From Gammaproteobacteria bacterium (GTDB lineage: Bacteria; Pseudomonadota; Gammaproteobacteria; UBA4575), in NCBI GenBank assembly GCA_965222615.1, contig CBDCUI010000008.1:736001-800000 (forward strand): a DNA stretch of 64,000 bases, read 5' to 3'. The first letter of the stretch is position 1, and every line of letters starts with the position of its first letter. Positions 11,834-21,534 of the stretch are shown here, piece after piece. Made by a program: the position numbers and the translations under genes. The notes beneath the pieces were generated by a model. That model did not search any database. It saw only the letters and a list, made by a program, of their open reading frames with translations, and had not been told where the DNA came from.

Positions 11834-13114
11834 TTGATCAATAAATTATTATATTTTCGGGGTGAAATATTTTGGGTTGTATTGGGCCAAGTGATAACTT
11901 TCATTGGCAGCATAGTAGCAATAAAAGTGTTATCTGTAATTATGGGAACTACTGGCTACGGTCAGCTAGCATTAGGGCTGACGATTTCAGGATTGATAAC
12001 AATGTTAGTGTTTGGTCCAATCTCTCAAGGAGTCTTACGTTTTTACTCTATATTTAATGACCAAAATAAAATTGGCGTTTACTTTTACTTATTCCGACAT
12101 AAGTCAATTTCTTCAATACTGATTTTACTTCTAGTTGCTTTATTTTTATTAATTTTCACTTATCAATATATGGGATTAGAGTGGGCATTAATAATACTCG
12201 CATCTATATTATTTGGAGTTTTAAGCGGAGTAAATGGATTATTAGTTTCGTATTTAACTGCTTTAAGAAAAAGAAAAGATGTTGCAATTTTGCAAGCAGG
12301 TGATGTCTGGTTGCGACTGTTTGCTGCATTTGTAGCTATAATACTTATCAATACGAAAGGTTATTCAGCATTATTAGGTTATTGCCTTGGAACAGTAGTA
12401 ATAACTTGGTCATTATGGACTGTTAACTGTAAACAGAAAGTAGTAAATAAGCATAGAATTGAAAACAATGAACTACTACATAGTTATGAACAAGATATAA
12501 ATAAATTTATCGGTCCTATTAGACTTTTTGCGCTTTTTGCTATTGTAAGTCAATATTCTGATCGTTGGGTAATTATGCTGCATAATGGAGAGGATTTAGT
12601 GGGCATATATGCAGTAATGTATATGATCGCAAATGCTCCTATTATGCTCATTGCTAATACGACTTCACAATTTATCGCGCCCATATTATTTGACAAAGCG
12701 GGTAGTTTAAAGGTATTCAAAAACATAAAGAGTAGCTCACAGTCAGTACAATTCACTGCATTTGCATTGACTTTAATATTTATCCCGATTGTAATAATTG
12801 CTGGTTTTTATGGAGAAGAAATTATACGTTTACTATCAAGTGAAGAATTTAGTGTGCATGGATCAATTCTTTGGGTAGTTGTAATAGGTGTAGGTTTAGC
12901 AAATATCGCACAAATTCTCATAGTAAAGGGTCTTGTATTAAATAGAACAGATATATATATAGCACCTAAAATAGTGCAAGCAGTGACATTTTTGTTGTTT
13001 GCGTATTTGTTAATTGCTAAGTATGGAGTTTTAGGTGTCGCAATCTCTCTATGTGTATCCTCAAGCGCATATCTTTTATCAGTTATACTGGTTAATCGTT
13101 ATGTTATGGATTAA
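11834..13114 (+). CDS. wzx: Oligosaccharide flippase (Wzx, MOP superfamily)
   Basis: 426 aa with many hydrophobic segments; GTTGYGQLAL, SDRWVIM...VGIYA and YGVLGVAIS patterns. Confidence 0.85.
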   Translation: MINKLLYFRGEIFWVVLGQVITFIGSIVAIKVLSVIMGTTGYGQLALGLTISGLITMLVFGPISQGVLRFYSIFNDQNKIGVYFYLFRHKSISSILILLLVALFLLIFTYQYMGLEWALIILASILFGVLSGVNGLLVSYLTALRKRKDVAILQAGDVWLRLFAAFVAIILINTKGYSALLGYCLGTVVITWSLWTVNCKQKVVNKHRIENNELLHSYEQDINKFIGPIRLFALFAIVSQYSDRWVIMLHNGEDLVGIYAVMYMIANAPIMLIANTTSQFIAPILFDKAGSLKVFKNIKSSSQSVQFTAFALTLIFIPIVIIAGFYGEEIIRLLSSEEFSVHGSILWVVVIGVGLANIAQILIVKGLVLNRTDIYIAPKIVQAVTFLLFAYLLIAKYGVLGVAISLCVSSSAYLLSVILVNRYVMD

Positions 13115-13149
13115 TCCTAATCAAAGTAGTGTGCTTAATTTAATTACAA

Positions 13150-13905
13150 ATGAATATAAAAAAGAATAAATTTGTACAATGGATATGGCAAGTGCTCTCC
13201 CCGATTCTTCCAGTTGAGCAAATTGTAGGGGCTATAAAATTTCCTGCATACATTGTAGATATTGCCAAATATCGAGCTATTGGTGGTGAAGTAGAAGTAA
13301 AAAATTTATACCCATGCTTAAACGATAAAACTGCAACGACCTCTATTGATTGGCATTATTTTTATCAAGCACATTGGGGGTTAGAAAAAATTTATAAAAG
13401 CAAAGTATCTAAACATGTCGATATTGGTTCAGATGTAAGATTAATTGGTCTTTTATCAGTAATAACTGATGTATATTTTATTGATATCAGGCCATTTAAT
13501 CCAAAGCAAAAGCATTTTTTTTCTATAGAAAGCAGTATCTCATGTTTGCCTCTACAAACTGAATCAATTACTTCTTTGTCGTGTTTAAGTGTTGCAGAAC
13601 ATATTGGGTTGGGGAGATATGGTGATGAATTAGATATAGATGGAACAAAAAAGGCATGTAGTGAGCTAGAAAGAGTTCTTGCTAAAGGTGGGGATTTATA
13701 TTTTAGTCTTCCTATCGGCGAAGAACGAGTGTGTTTCAATGCACATAGGATCTTTAGGACATCAACGATAAAAGAATTTTTCCCTAATTTAAAATTGTTT
13801 GAACTTTCTGTTGTAAATGATAGTGGCCAGTATGCGCATAATGTAAATCCTGATGACTACAATAATCAAAGATTTACAAATGGTTTATTTCATTTTAAAA
13901 AATGA
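13150..13905 (+). CDS. DUF268-like putative methyltransferase
   Basis: HYFYQ, HVDIGS, SLSCLSVAEHIGLGRYGD, FNAHRIF. Confidence 0.75.
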   Translation: MNIKKNKFVQWIWQVLSPILPVEQIVGAIKFPAYIVDIAKYRAIGGEVEVKNLYPCLNDKTATTSIDWHYFYQAHWGLEKIYKSKVSKHVDIGSDVRLIGLLSVITDVYFIDIRPFNPKQKHFFSIESSISCLPLQTESITSLSCLSVAEHIGLGRYGDELDIDGTKKACSELERVLAKGGDLYFSLPIGEERVCFNAHRIFRTSTIKEFFPNLKLFELSVVNDSGQYAHNVNPDDYNNQRFTNGLFHFKK

Positions 13906-14044
13906 CTTATTTATATAATATCTATATTAATATTTGTATAAAATATTATTTTATAAACATGTATCACATAATTTAAACATTGAAACTTACTGATTATGAT
14001 AGTGTTAAGTTCATTACTGGTTTTTAATTATAAGGTTTAAATTT

Positions 14045-14785
14045 ATGGATTCATATGAAAAAAAATACTATGAATATCAAACAAAAGCCAGAGGGTTATT
14101 GGATGAAAATGCATTACAACAATACTTTGAAAAATTATCAAAGTGGTATAAAAGACGTATTGGTCAATATTTACCAGCATCGAAAAATGCAAAATGTTTA
14201 GATGTGCCATGTGGGTATGGAAATATTCTTTATTTTTTAAAATTGAGTGGCTATAAAAATTCTAGTGGTATAGACCTTGATAATAAGCAAGTAGAATTGG
14301 CAAATTTACTTGGTTTATCAGCAACTGTAGCCGATGTTTTTGATGTCTTGCATGAAAAACATGAACACTACGACTTGATAACTTCATTTGATTTTATTGA
14401 GCATCTACAAAAAGATGATGCGTTAAAATTTTTAAAACTATGTTATGAAAGATTAAAACCAGATGGTAGATTGATTCTTCGAACTCCATGTGCAGATGGT
14501 CCATTTGGCGCACATGATGTTTGGAATGATCTCACTCACCAATGGGGCTTAACTTCAAATCTTTTAAAAGCAATTCTTGAAATGCAAGGCTTTGAAAAAG
14601 TCAATATTATTGACGAAAGACCACAGCCTACGAACGTGTTAAATATATTTAGGTGGTTAATATTTTTCCCAAGTAAATTAGTAGCAAGCGCATTTTGCTT
14701 CGGGCTTGGTATGCAACCGCCAAAGATTTGGTCAAGATCAATGATAGCTATAGCTTACAAGCCAATGGAAGTAACAAGTGCTTAA
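14045..14785 (+). CDS. Class I SAM-dependent methyltransferase
   Basis: CLDVPCGYG, GIDLD, FDFIEHL, LKPDGRLILRTP. Confidence 0.85.
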   Translation: MDSYEKKYYEYQTKARGLLDENALQQYFEKLSKWYKRRIGQYLPASKNAKCLDVPCGYGNILYFLKLSGYKNSSGIDLDNKQVELANLLGLSATVADVFDVLHEKHEHYDLITSFDFIEHLQKDDALKFLKLCYERLKPDGRLILRTPCADGPFGAHDVWNDLTHQWGLTSNLLKAILEMQGFEKVNIIDERPQPTNVLNIFRWLIFFPSKLVASAFCFGLGMQPPKIWSRSMIAIAYKPMEVTSA

Positions 14786-15467
14786 TCATATATTTTCGTA
14801 TAATGAATTTAATAGGGATAAATTTGTTGAAAAAATATCTAAAAAAACTCAAAAGGGCTTAGATATACTCGATGTTGGGGCTGGACCATGTAAATATAAA
14901 CATTTATTTAAGCATTGCAATTATAAAGCACATGATTTTGCACAGTATAATGGAGAAGAGTTTCAATACGGAGAGTTAGATTATATTTCAGATATCAATA
15001 ATATACCTGTTGAAAATGAATCATTTGATGTAATTCTTTGTACTGAGGTCTTGGAACATGTTCCAAGACCAGATCTAGCAATTGCTGAGTTCTCAAGAAT
15101 ACTTAAACCAACGGGCTTGGTAATTTTAACAGCTCCATTGGGCTCGAGTATACATATGGCTCCGTATCACTATTATGGAGGTTTTTCGCCTTTTTGGTAC
15201 CAGTATTTCCTGTCTTTAAATAGTTTCGAAATAGAGTCAATAGAAAAGAACGGAAATTTCTTTAAGTTGTATGGCCAAGAGTCTCAACGATTTCTTGCAA
15301 AGCTGACCCCAAAAAACGCAATTGCTCGTGTGTTATTTTTTCCTTTGAAATTAGTACTTGCAGTTTGGTTTAAGGTGACCATTCCTCTCTTGTGTCATTT
15401 TTTAGATAGTATTGATAAAACAGAAGAAATTACAGCAGGATACTTTGTAGTAGCCAGGAAGCACTAA
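14778..15467 (+). CDS. Class I SAM-dependent methyltransferase
   Basis: ILDVGAG, FDVILCTEVLEHV, RILKPTG. Confidence 0.88.
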   Translation: MLNHIFSYNEFNRDKFVEKISKKTQKGLDILDVGAGPCKYKHLFKHCNYKAHDFAQYNGEEFQYGELDYISDINNIPVENESFDVILCTEVLEHVPRPDLAIAEFSRILKPTGLVILTAPLGSSIHMAPYHYYGGFSPFWYQYFLSLNSFEIESIEKNGNFFKLYGQESQRFLAKLTPKNAIARVLFFPLKLVLAVWFKVTIPLLCHFLDSIDKTEEITAGYFVVARKH

Positions 15468-16597
15468 TGCTCCCACAAATAAAAAATTTATTAAAAAAAA
15501 GTGAAACTTTTTCTTCAGTTAATAGTAGTTTTAAATCGTATTTAACTAAGAATAAATATAATGCACTAGTAAAACATTATAATCATTTACAACCAAAAGT
15601 TATTAATTCTAATAGAAAAAAAATAAGTAGGATAGATTATGCTGATGGCCTTAATATTTTATATCTTGGTACTGATGAGCTGCAAGACAAAAGTGGCTTA
15701 TTATCTGCGATAGAAACTCATGGAAATGTGACTTATTTTACAAGAGCCGATGGTAGTTATGGTCAAAATGATCCAGATTTTAAAAGGAAAAGAGAAAATA
15801 ATTCGAAAAGGCTAGATGAACTTTTTGCGGAATTGTGTAGTAAAAACCAAACTCCTAATATTTTAATTGCTCAAACATGGTCTAGTTATATTCAACCAGA
15901 GCTTTTGGGTGAGATAAGTGCCAAGTATGGGACTTATATAATCAATATAGGTATGGATGATAGGCATTTATGGAACATTATAAAGCCGCTTCTACCATAT
16001 ATTGATCTTGCACTTACGGCCGCACCTGAGTGTGTTTCATGGTATGAAAAAGAAGGGTGTAAAGCTATATTTTTTCCAGAAGCAAGTGATCCAGATATAT
16101 TTCACCCAATGCCTGAAGAAACTAAAACAGTCGATGTGAGTTTTGTAGGGGGTTGCTATGGCATTAGAAAAGAAATTGTAAGCGCAATTAAAGACAATGG
16201 AATAAAGATTACAGCCTATGGAAATGGTTGGGAAAATGGAAAAATAGCGATTGATGATGTGCCAAAGCTTTTTGCTCAGTCAAAAGTAATATTAGGTGTA
16301 GGGACAATAGGACATTGTCGTGACTTCTATTCCTTAAAATTACGTGATTTTGATGCGCCTATGTCAGGTAGTTTTTATTTAACGCACGATAATCCAGATT
16401 TATATAATCTGTATGAAGTTGGTTCTGAAATAGCTACTTATAATACAGTTAGTGATTGCGTGAAAAAAATTGAATACTATCTAAAAAATGAAACCGAACG
16501 AGAAAAAATTGCGGTAGCAGGATTACATAGAGCGCTAAAAGAGCACTCCTGGAAAAATAGATTCTCTCTGTTATTTGAAGAATTGTTTCCAAGCTGA
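15467..16597 (+). CDS. Glycosyltransferase (CgeB/Glyco_trans_1_2-like)
   Basis: DVSFVGGCYGIR, KLRDFDAPMSG, IEYYLKNETEREKIA, HSWKNR. Confidence 0.8.
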   Translation: MLPQIKNLLKKSETFSSVNSSFKSYLTKNKYNALVKHYNHLQPKVINSNRKKISRIDYADGLNILYLGTDELQDKSGLLSAIETHGNVTYFTRADGSYGQNDPDFKRKRENNSKRLDELFAELCSKNQTPNILIAQTWSSYIQPELLGEISAKYGTYIINIGMDDRHLWNIIKPLLPYIDLALTAAPECVSWYEKEGCKAIFFPEASDPDIFHPMPEETKTVDVSFVGGCYGIRKEIVSAIKDNGIKITAYGNGWENGKIAIDDVPKLFAQSKVILGVGTIGHCRDFYSLKLRDFDAPMSGSFYLTHDNPDLYNLYEVGSEIATYNTVSDCVKKIEYYLKNETEREKIAVAGLHRALKEHSWKNRFSLLFEELFPS

Positions 16598-16598
16598 T

Positions 16599-17609
16599 AT
16601 GACTCCAAATTTAATCAATTATTTATGTGATCCGACAGATTATACAGAGCTAAGGTTGCACAATGCTGAGTATGATGATGAGGGACAAATACTTGGTGGT
16701 TATTTAGTTTCATCCTCAGGAAATAAATATTCGATACAGAATGGTATTCCTCGATTTGTCAATAATGAATCCCTGAAAAAAACAGTTAAGTCATTTGGTG
16801 ATGAGTGGAATGTCTTTAATTTTGATATGCATAAACTAAATTGGTTGGAGCATACTGTAAAAAACACATTTGGATCTACTGATGCTTTCAAAGATAAAAT
16901 AGTGATAGATGCTGGAGCAGGGAGTGGAATGCAAAGTAGATGGATTTTTGAATCAGGAGCAAGATATGTAATTGCCTTGGAATTGTCTCATTCAGTAGAC
17001 CAGGTGATGAAAAGTAATTTGAAAGGTTTACTTAAAAATGTCGACATTGTGCAATGTTCAATTGATATGCCACCAATTAAATTAGGAAGTATTGATGGGA
17101 TTGTTTACTGCCATAATGTAATTCAACATACTCCATCAGTATCAAAGACAGCTAAAGCACTTTGGCGGCTAGTAAGTGATGATGGTGAATTAGTTTTTAA
17201 TTGTTATCCAAGAAATGATGAAGGAACATTTAGAAAGTATCGATTACTATTAAATAATAAACTGCGCAGCTTCATGAAGCATAGGACATTTAATTTTATA
17301 CAAAATTATGCGCGCCTGATGTCTATTTTACGGTTTATACCAATTATAGGTGTCGTCTTAGAGAAATCCAACATTATGTTTCGTGGCAATGTTCCCAAAG
17401 GACCTGACTATATTAAGCGTGCCTACTTGTCGGGTGTGCTTAATACGTTTGATTGGTTTGGTTCACATGAATATCAACATTATACAAGCAATGATGAGCT
17501 TGTAGATTTAATAAATAATTTACAACCTAATAAAGAAAAAGTGTTAAATACAAAAGAGTACTTTTCTAGGCCTCAACCGATTGGGATAGCACTTCGCTTG
17601 TTTAAATAG
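16599..17609 (+). CDS. Methyltransferase with N-terminal Trm112-like domain
   Basis: ATG at 16599 follows the upstream stop (track start 16575); LCDP...YSIQNGIPRF is Trm112-like; SFGDEW, VIDAGAGSG, VIQHTP. Confidence 0.8.
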   Translation: MTPNLINYLCDPTDYTELRLHNAEYDDEGQILGGYLVSSSGNKYSIQNGIPRFVNNESLKKTVKSFGDEWNVFNFDMHKLNWLEHTVKNTFGSTDAFKDKIVIDAGAGSGMQSRWIFESGARYVIALELSHSVDQVMKSNLKGLLKNVDIVQCSIDMPPIKLGSIDGIVYCHNVIQHTPSVSKTAKALWRLVSDDGELVFNCYPRNDEGTFRKYRLLLNNKLRSFMKHRTFNFIQNYARLMSILRFIPIIGVVLEKSNIMFRGNVPKGPDYIKRAYLSGVLNTFDWFGSHEYQHYTSNDELVDLINNLQPNKEKVLNTKEYFSRPQPIGIALRLFK

Positions 17610-17620
17610 AAAATTTGCTC

Positions 17621-18604
17621 ATGCCTAAGTTAACAATTTTGATGTCTGTATTCAATGGAAGTGAATATGTAGCCGAATCAATAAGTAGTGTGCTACAAAA
17701 TTATAATGAGGGTTATGAATTCATAATAGTTAATGATGGTTCCACGGATAATACATCAAATATTTTAAGTAAATTTCAAAGTAAAATTAAAAATTTACAT
17801 ATAATCAATAAGAAAAATACGGGGCTTGCGCATTCCTTAAACGTGGGTATTCGGGCTTCTAAAGGAGATTATCTTGCAAGAATCGATGCAGATGATATTT
17901 GCTACCCTGAAAGATTTTCAAAACAAATAAAATTTTTAGATGAAAATCCTGAAATATCCTTAGTAGGAAGTAATGCGACCTTAATTGATAGCTCTTCTAG
18001 AATAATTGAAAAATTGACTTTAGGAAAGCTTTATCATAAAGAATGTGTAACACGTCTGGAGGAATTGGATAAATTTTTCCCGCATTCTTCATGGATGATG
18101 CGTAGAGAATGTCATGAAATATTGCATGGATACGATGAGTTTTATAAAAAAGCTCAAGACTATGATTTCTTATATAGACTAGTAGAGAAAAAATTTATCC
18201 ATTGTATGCCTGAATATCTAGTCGGAATTAGAAAAGATAACAGTAGTATGACTTTTAGTAATGACTGTTTGCAATATAAATATGTTCTTAATGCTTATAT
18301 TAGACATGCTTTGCGAAGAGGGTATATTAAACAAAACTTGATTGAGAATGAAAAAGAAAATATACAAGAAATAATTGAAAAATGGTTTGAAAAGGAAAAT
18401 ATTAGAAATAAAGTATTAGCCAATCAACACTTAATGTTGGCAAAATATATGATAAAAACGAGATCTTTTTTTCAATTAATCAGGCATATTAAATTAGCAT
18501 TCCAAGAATACCCATCGTTACTGTTCAATTTCAAAGAAGTCAAAAATATTAGAAGAAACCCAGGCACTCTAGTGAAAAAACTTTTACATGTATACCAACA
18601 ATAA
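17621..18604 (+). CDS. Glycosyltransferase family 2
   Basis: TILMSVFN, IIVNDGSTD, ARIDADD, QDYDF; ATG at 17621 (track TTG at 17615). Confidence 0.92.
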   Translation: MPKLTILMSVFNGSEYVAESISSVLQNYNEGYEFIIVNDGSTDNTSNILSKFQSKIKNLHIINKKNTGLAHSLNVGIRASKGDYLARIDADDICYPERFSKQIKFLDENPEISLVGSNATLIDSSSRIIEKLTLGKLYHKECVTRLEELDKFFPHSSWMMRRECHEILHGYDEFYKKAQDYDFLYRLVEKKFIHCMPEYLVGIRKDNSSMTFSNDCLQYKYVLNAYIRHALRRGYIKQNLIENEKENIQEIIEKWFEKENIRNKVLANQHLMLAKYMIKTRSFFQLIRHIKLAFQEYPSLLFNFKEVKNIRRNPGTLVKKLLHVYQQ

Positions 18605-18663
18605 TGTTTTAAATTTATTTATGTATTAAAGTGTAAAATTAGTGTTTAGATCAGGTAGTAGGC

Positions 18664-20556
18664 ATGTGTGGAATAGTAGGCTTAATTAGATTTGATGGGG
18701 AAAATATTTGCCATGCAAATTTAAATAAGGCAACTAATGCTCTTAAAAAAAGAGGTCCAGATTATCAAGATATTTGGATAGATAAAAATGTTGGCTTGGG
18801 TCATACAAGGCTGTCAATAATTGATTTATCCGAATCGGCAAATCAACCAATGCATTCTGGTGATGGTAAAAAAACATTAATATTTAATGGTGAAATATAT
18901 AATTTTCAAAGACTTAAAAATGAGCTTGCAGATTCTCAATATCCGTGGAGAACTGAAAGTGACTCAGAAGTTATTTTAGCTGCTTATGAAAAGTGGGGCG
19001 TGGATTGTCTTGAAAAATTTCATGGTATGTTTTCATTTGCTATTTGGGATGCAGTTGAAAATAAATTACTTATAGCTAGAGATAGAATGGGTGTAAAACC
19101 CTTATATTATGCATATAAAAATGGAGTGTTTGTTTTTGCATCTCGTCCTAGGGCAATTTTCTTAGCGAATCCTACTCTTTCAAAATCTATTGATAACCAA
19201 GCACTTAGGCTGTTTTTAGAGGTAGGCTATGCATCTGCACCTCTGTCTATGTTTGCGGATGTTAAAAAATTACCCGCAGCTAATTACATGCTTCTTGAGA
19301 ATGAAAAACTGACGATTAATAGGTATTGGGATTACCGGAATATACCAGTAGAAGAAAGTTGGATACATAGGAAAGAAGAAGACCTGCTTGATGAGTTAGA
19401 TGAGGTTGTGACAAACAGTGTAAAGATGAGATTAATAAGCGATGTGCCGATTGGAACATTTTTGTCTGGGGGTATAGATAGTAGTTTAGTAAGTGCTATT
19501 AGTTCAAAGTTGTTAGATGAACAACTTGAGACTTTCACAATAGGATTCAAGGAAAAAGCCTACGATGAAAGTAAATATGCACAGAGTGTAGCAAACTATC
19601 TAGGGACCAATCATAGATGTGAAACTATGGGTATTAATGAGCTATTAAATCTTATGCCAAATTTTACACAAGAATATGATGAACCATTTTTTGATATTTC
19701 TGCATTTCCAACAATGGCAGTGTCACGGCTTACAAGGAACAATGTAACAGTTTCATTAAGTGGAGACGGTGGTGATGAACTATTCGGTGGTTATTCTTAT
19801 TACAATATGATTGGTAACCTTCAATATTTGTATAAGCTACCTGAAAATATAAAAAACATATTATCTAAATTGATTGGTATATACCCTCATCGTAGTGCAT
19901 TACTATTATCTTCAGTACTTAAAAAAGAAAACTCAATAGAAGCATTTGCATTTACGAAAAGTATTGCAAAAGATTTTAAGGACATTCTTGATAAAGACGT
20001 AATACATGAAACAAAATCTATTTCAGATTATTTTATTGAAACAGCCAAAGTCATTCCAAATACTGTTTCAATAGAGGAGCAATGCATGAGGATAGATGCA
20101 TTTCATACCTTACCTGAACTTTATTTGCAGAAGGTAGATGTTGCTAGTATGGGATATTCTTTGGAATCACGAGAACCACTATTGGACCATTTAGTGGTTG
20201 AATGGGCTATGAAATTACCTACACCCTGGAAAATTAGGGCAAATACGAATAAATATTTATTGAGGAAATTAGCATATCGCTATATACCAGAAAATATATT
20301 AAATAGACCAAAACAAGGATTTGGAGTGCCAATAGATCAATGGTTACAAGGCCCATTAAAAAAATGGGCCAAAAGCTTATTGAATAATCCAACAATATAT
20401 TCTGAATTGCCTATAAATAAGGAAGCCGTAAAAAAGTTATTTGATCTTCTTCAGTCTGGTGAAAAGCATGTATATCCACAACTTTGGGCGGTCTTAGCCC
20501 TTTTGAATTATTTCTGCAATCAGAATGGAATTGAGTATAAGGCTCAAGGTCATTAA
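18664..20556 (+). CDS. asnB: Asparagine synthase-family glutamine amidotransferase (polysaccharide-associated)
   Basis: MCGI N-terminus, RGPD, RLSIID, FNGEIYN, LSGGIDSS, SGDGGDELFGGY, RPKQGF. Confidence 0.93.
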   Translation: MCGIVGLIRFDGENICHANLNKATNALKKRGPDYQDIWIDKNVGLGHTRLSIIDLSESANQPMHSGDGKKTLIFNGEIYNFQRLKNELADSQYPWRTESDSEVILAAYEKWGVDCLEKFHGMFSFAIWDAVENKLLIARDRMGVKPLYYAYKNGVFVFASRPRAIFLANPTLSKSIDNQALRLFLEVGYASAPLSMFADVKKLPAANYMLLENEKLTINRYWDYRNIPVEESWIHRKEEDLLDELDEVVTNSVKMRLISDVPIGTFLSGGIDSSLVSAISSKLLDEQLETFTIGFKEKAYDESKYAQSVANYLGTNHRCETMGINELLNLMPNFTQEYDEPFFDISAFPTMAVSRLTRNNVTVSLSGDGGDELFGGYSYYNMIGNLQYLYKLPENIKNILSKLIGIYPHRSALLLSSVLKKENSIEAFAFTKSIAKDFKDILDKDVIHETKSISDYFIETAKVIPNTVSIEEQCMRIDAFHTLPELYLQKVDVASMGYSLESREPLLDHLVVEWAMKLPTPWKIRANTNKYLLRKLAYRYIPENILNRPKQGFGVPIDQWLQGPLKKWAKSLLNNPTIYSELPINKEAVKKLFDLLQSGEKHVYPQLWAVLALLNYFCNQNGIEYKAQGH

Positions 20557-20592
20557 TTTGTATCAATAATATTGAATAGCCATGATTACCTT

Positions 20593-21516
20593 ATGAGCAA
20601 TGTTGCAGTTATAGGTGGAAGTGGTTTTATTGGTAAGCATTTATTAGAACTACTCACTAAAAAAGGAATAACAATCAGAGCACTAAGTCACTCAGATACA
20701 AGCAAAGCATATTTTGATGCAAATAGAATTGACTACTTTCAAGGTGATATTTACAACACTGGTTCGTTGAGGCAGCTATGCAAAGATGTAGCTGTTTTGG
20801 TAATTTTAACTCATTTAGATAATTTGCCAAGTAACAATTTAATCAAAAATATTGTACAAATTTGTGTGAAAGGAGGTGTGAAAAGAATAATCTATTGCAG
20901 TAGTGCTGTAATAGTTGGTGATGTTAAAGAAGATGTAATTACAGAGTCAACAATTTGTAATCCTGTTAATAGTTATGAAAAACACAAACTAATTGTTGAA
21001 AGATTACTAACTGAAGAATGTAAAAATAAAATTCAGCTAGCGATATTAAGACCAACGGCAGTTTTTGGAAAGGGCGGTAAAAACTTAATAAAACTTGCTA
21101 ATTCTATTTTGTATGGTAATAAAATAGTTAATTATATTAAATCGTCTATGAACCAAGACAGGAAGATGCACTTAGTTTATATCAGAAATGTCACAGAGGC
21201 ACTATATTTTTTAATAATTTCAAAAGAAAACTTTAGTAGCGAAATATTCATAATTTCAGATGATGACTGTATGTCAAACAACTATAGAGACGTTGAGCTG
21301 CTTTTAACAAAACATTTACTTGGTGTGGATAAGTTAGTACCTAGAATACTAATCCCAAAAATTGTGCTTAAATTAATTTTATTTATTAAATATAAAAGAT
21401 CAGTAAACACTAAAAGGATATATAGCAGTAAAAAAATAGAAAGTCGTGGTTATGAAAAACCAGTAGATTTTCTATTTGGGCTCAAAGCTTTTTCGGATTG
21501 GTATAAACATAAATAG
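20593..21516 (+). CDS. NAD-dependent epimerase/dehydratase
   Basis: GGSGFIG, SS, YEKHK (YxxxK), LRPTAVFG; ATG at 20593 (track TTG at 20572). Confidence 0.85.
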   Translation: MSNVAVIGGSGFIGKHLLELLTKKGITIRALSHSDTSKAYFDANRIDYFQGDIYNTGSLRQLCKDVAVLVILTHLDNLPSNNLIKNIVQICVKGGVKRIIYCSSAVIVGDVKEDVITESTICNPVNSYEKHKLIVERLLTEECKNKIQLAILRPTAVFGKGGKNLIKLANSILYGNKIVNYIKSSMNQDRKMHLVYIRNVTEALYFLIISKENFSSEIFIISDDDCMSNNYRDVELLLTKHLLGVDKLVPRILIPKIVLKLILFIKYKRSVNTKRIYSSKKIESRGYEKPVDFLFGLKAFSDWYKHK

Positions 21517-21534
21517 AATATTTGGTGTAAACCA

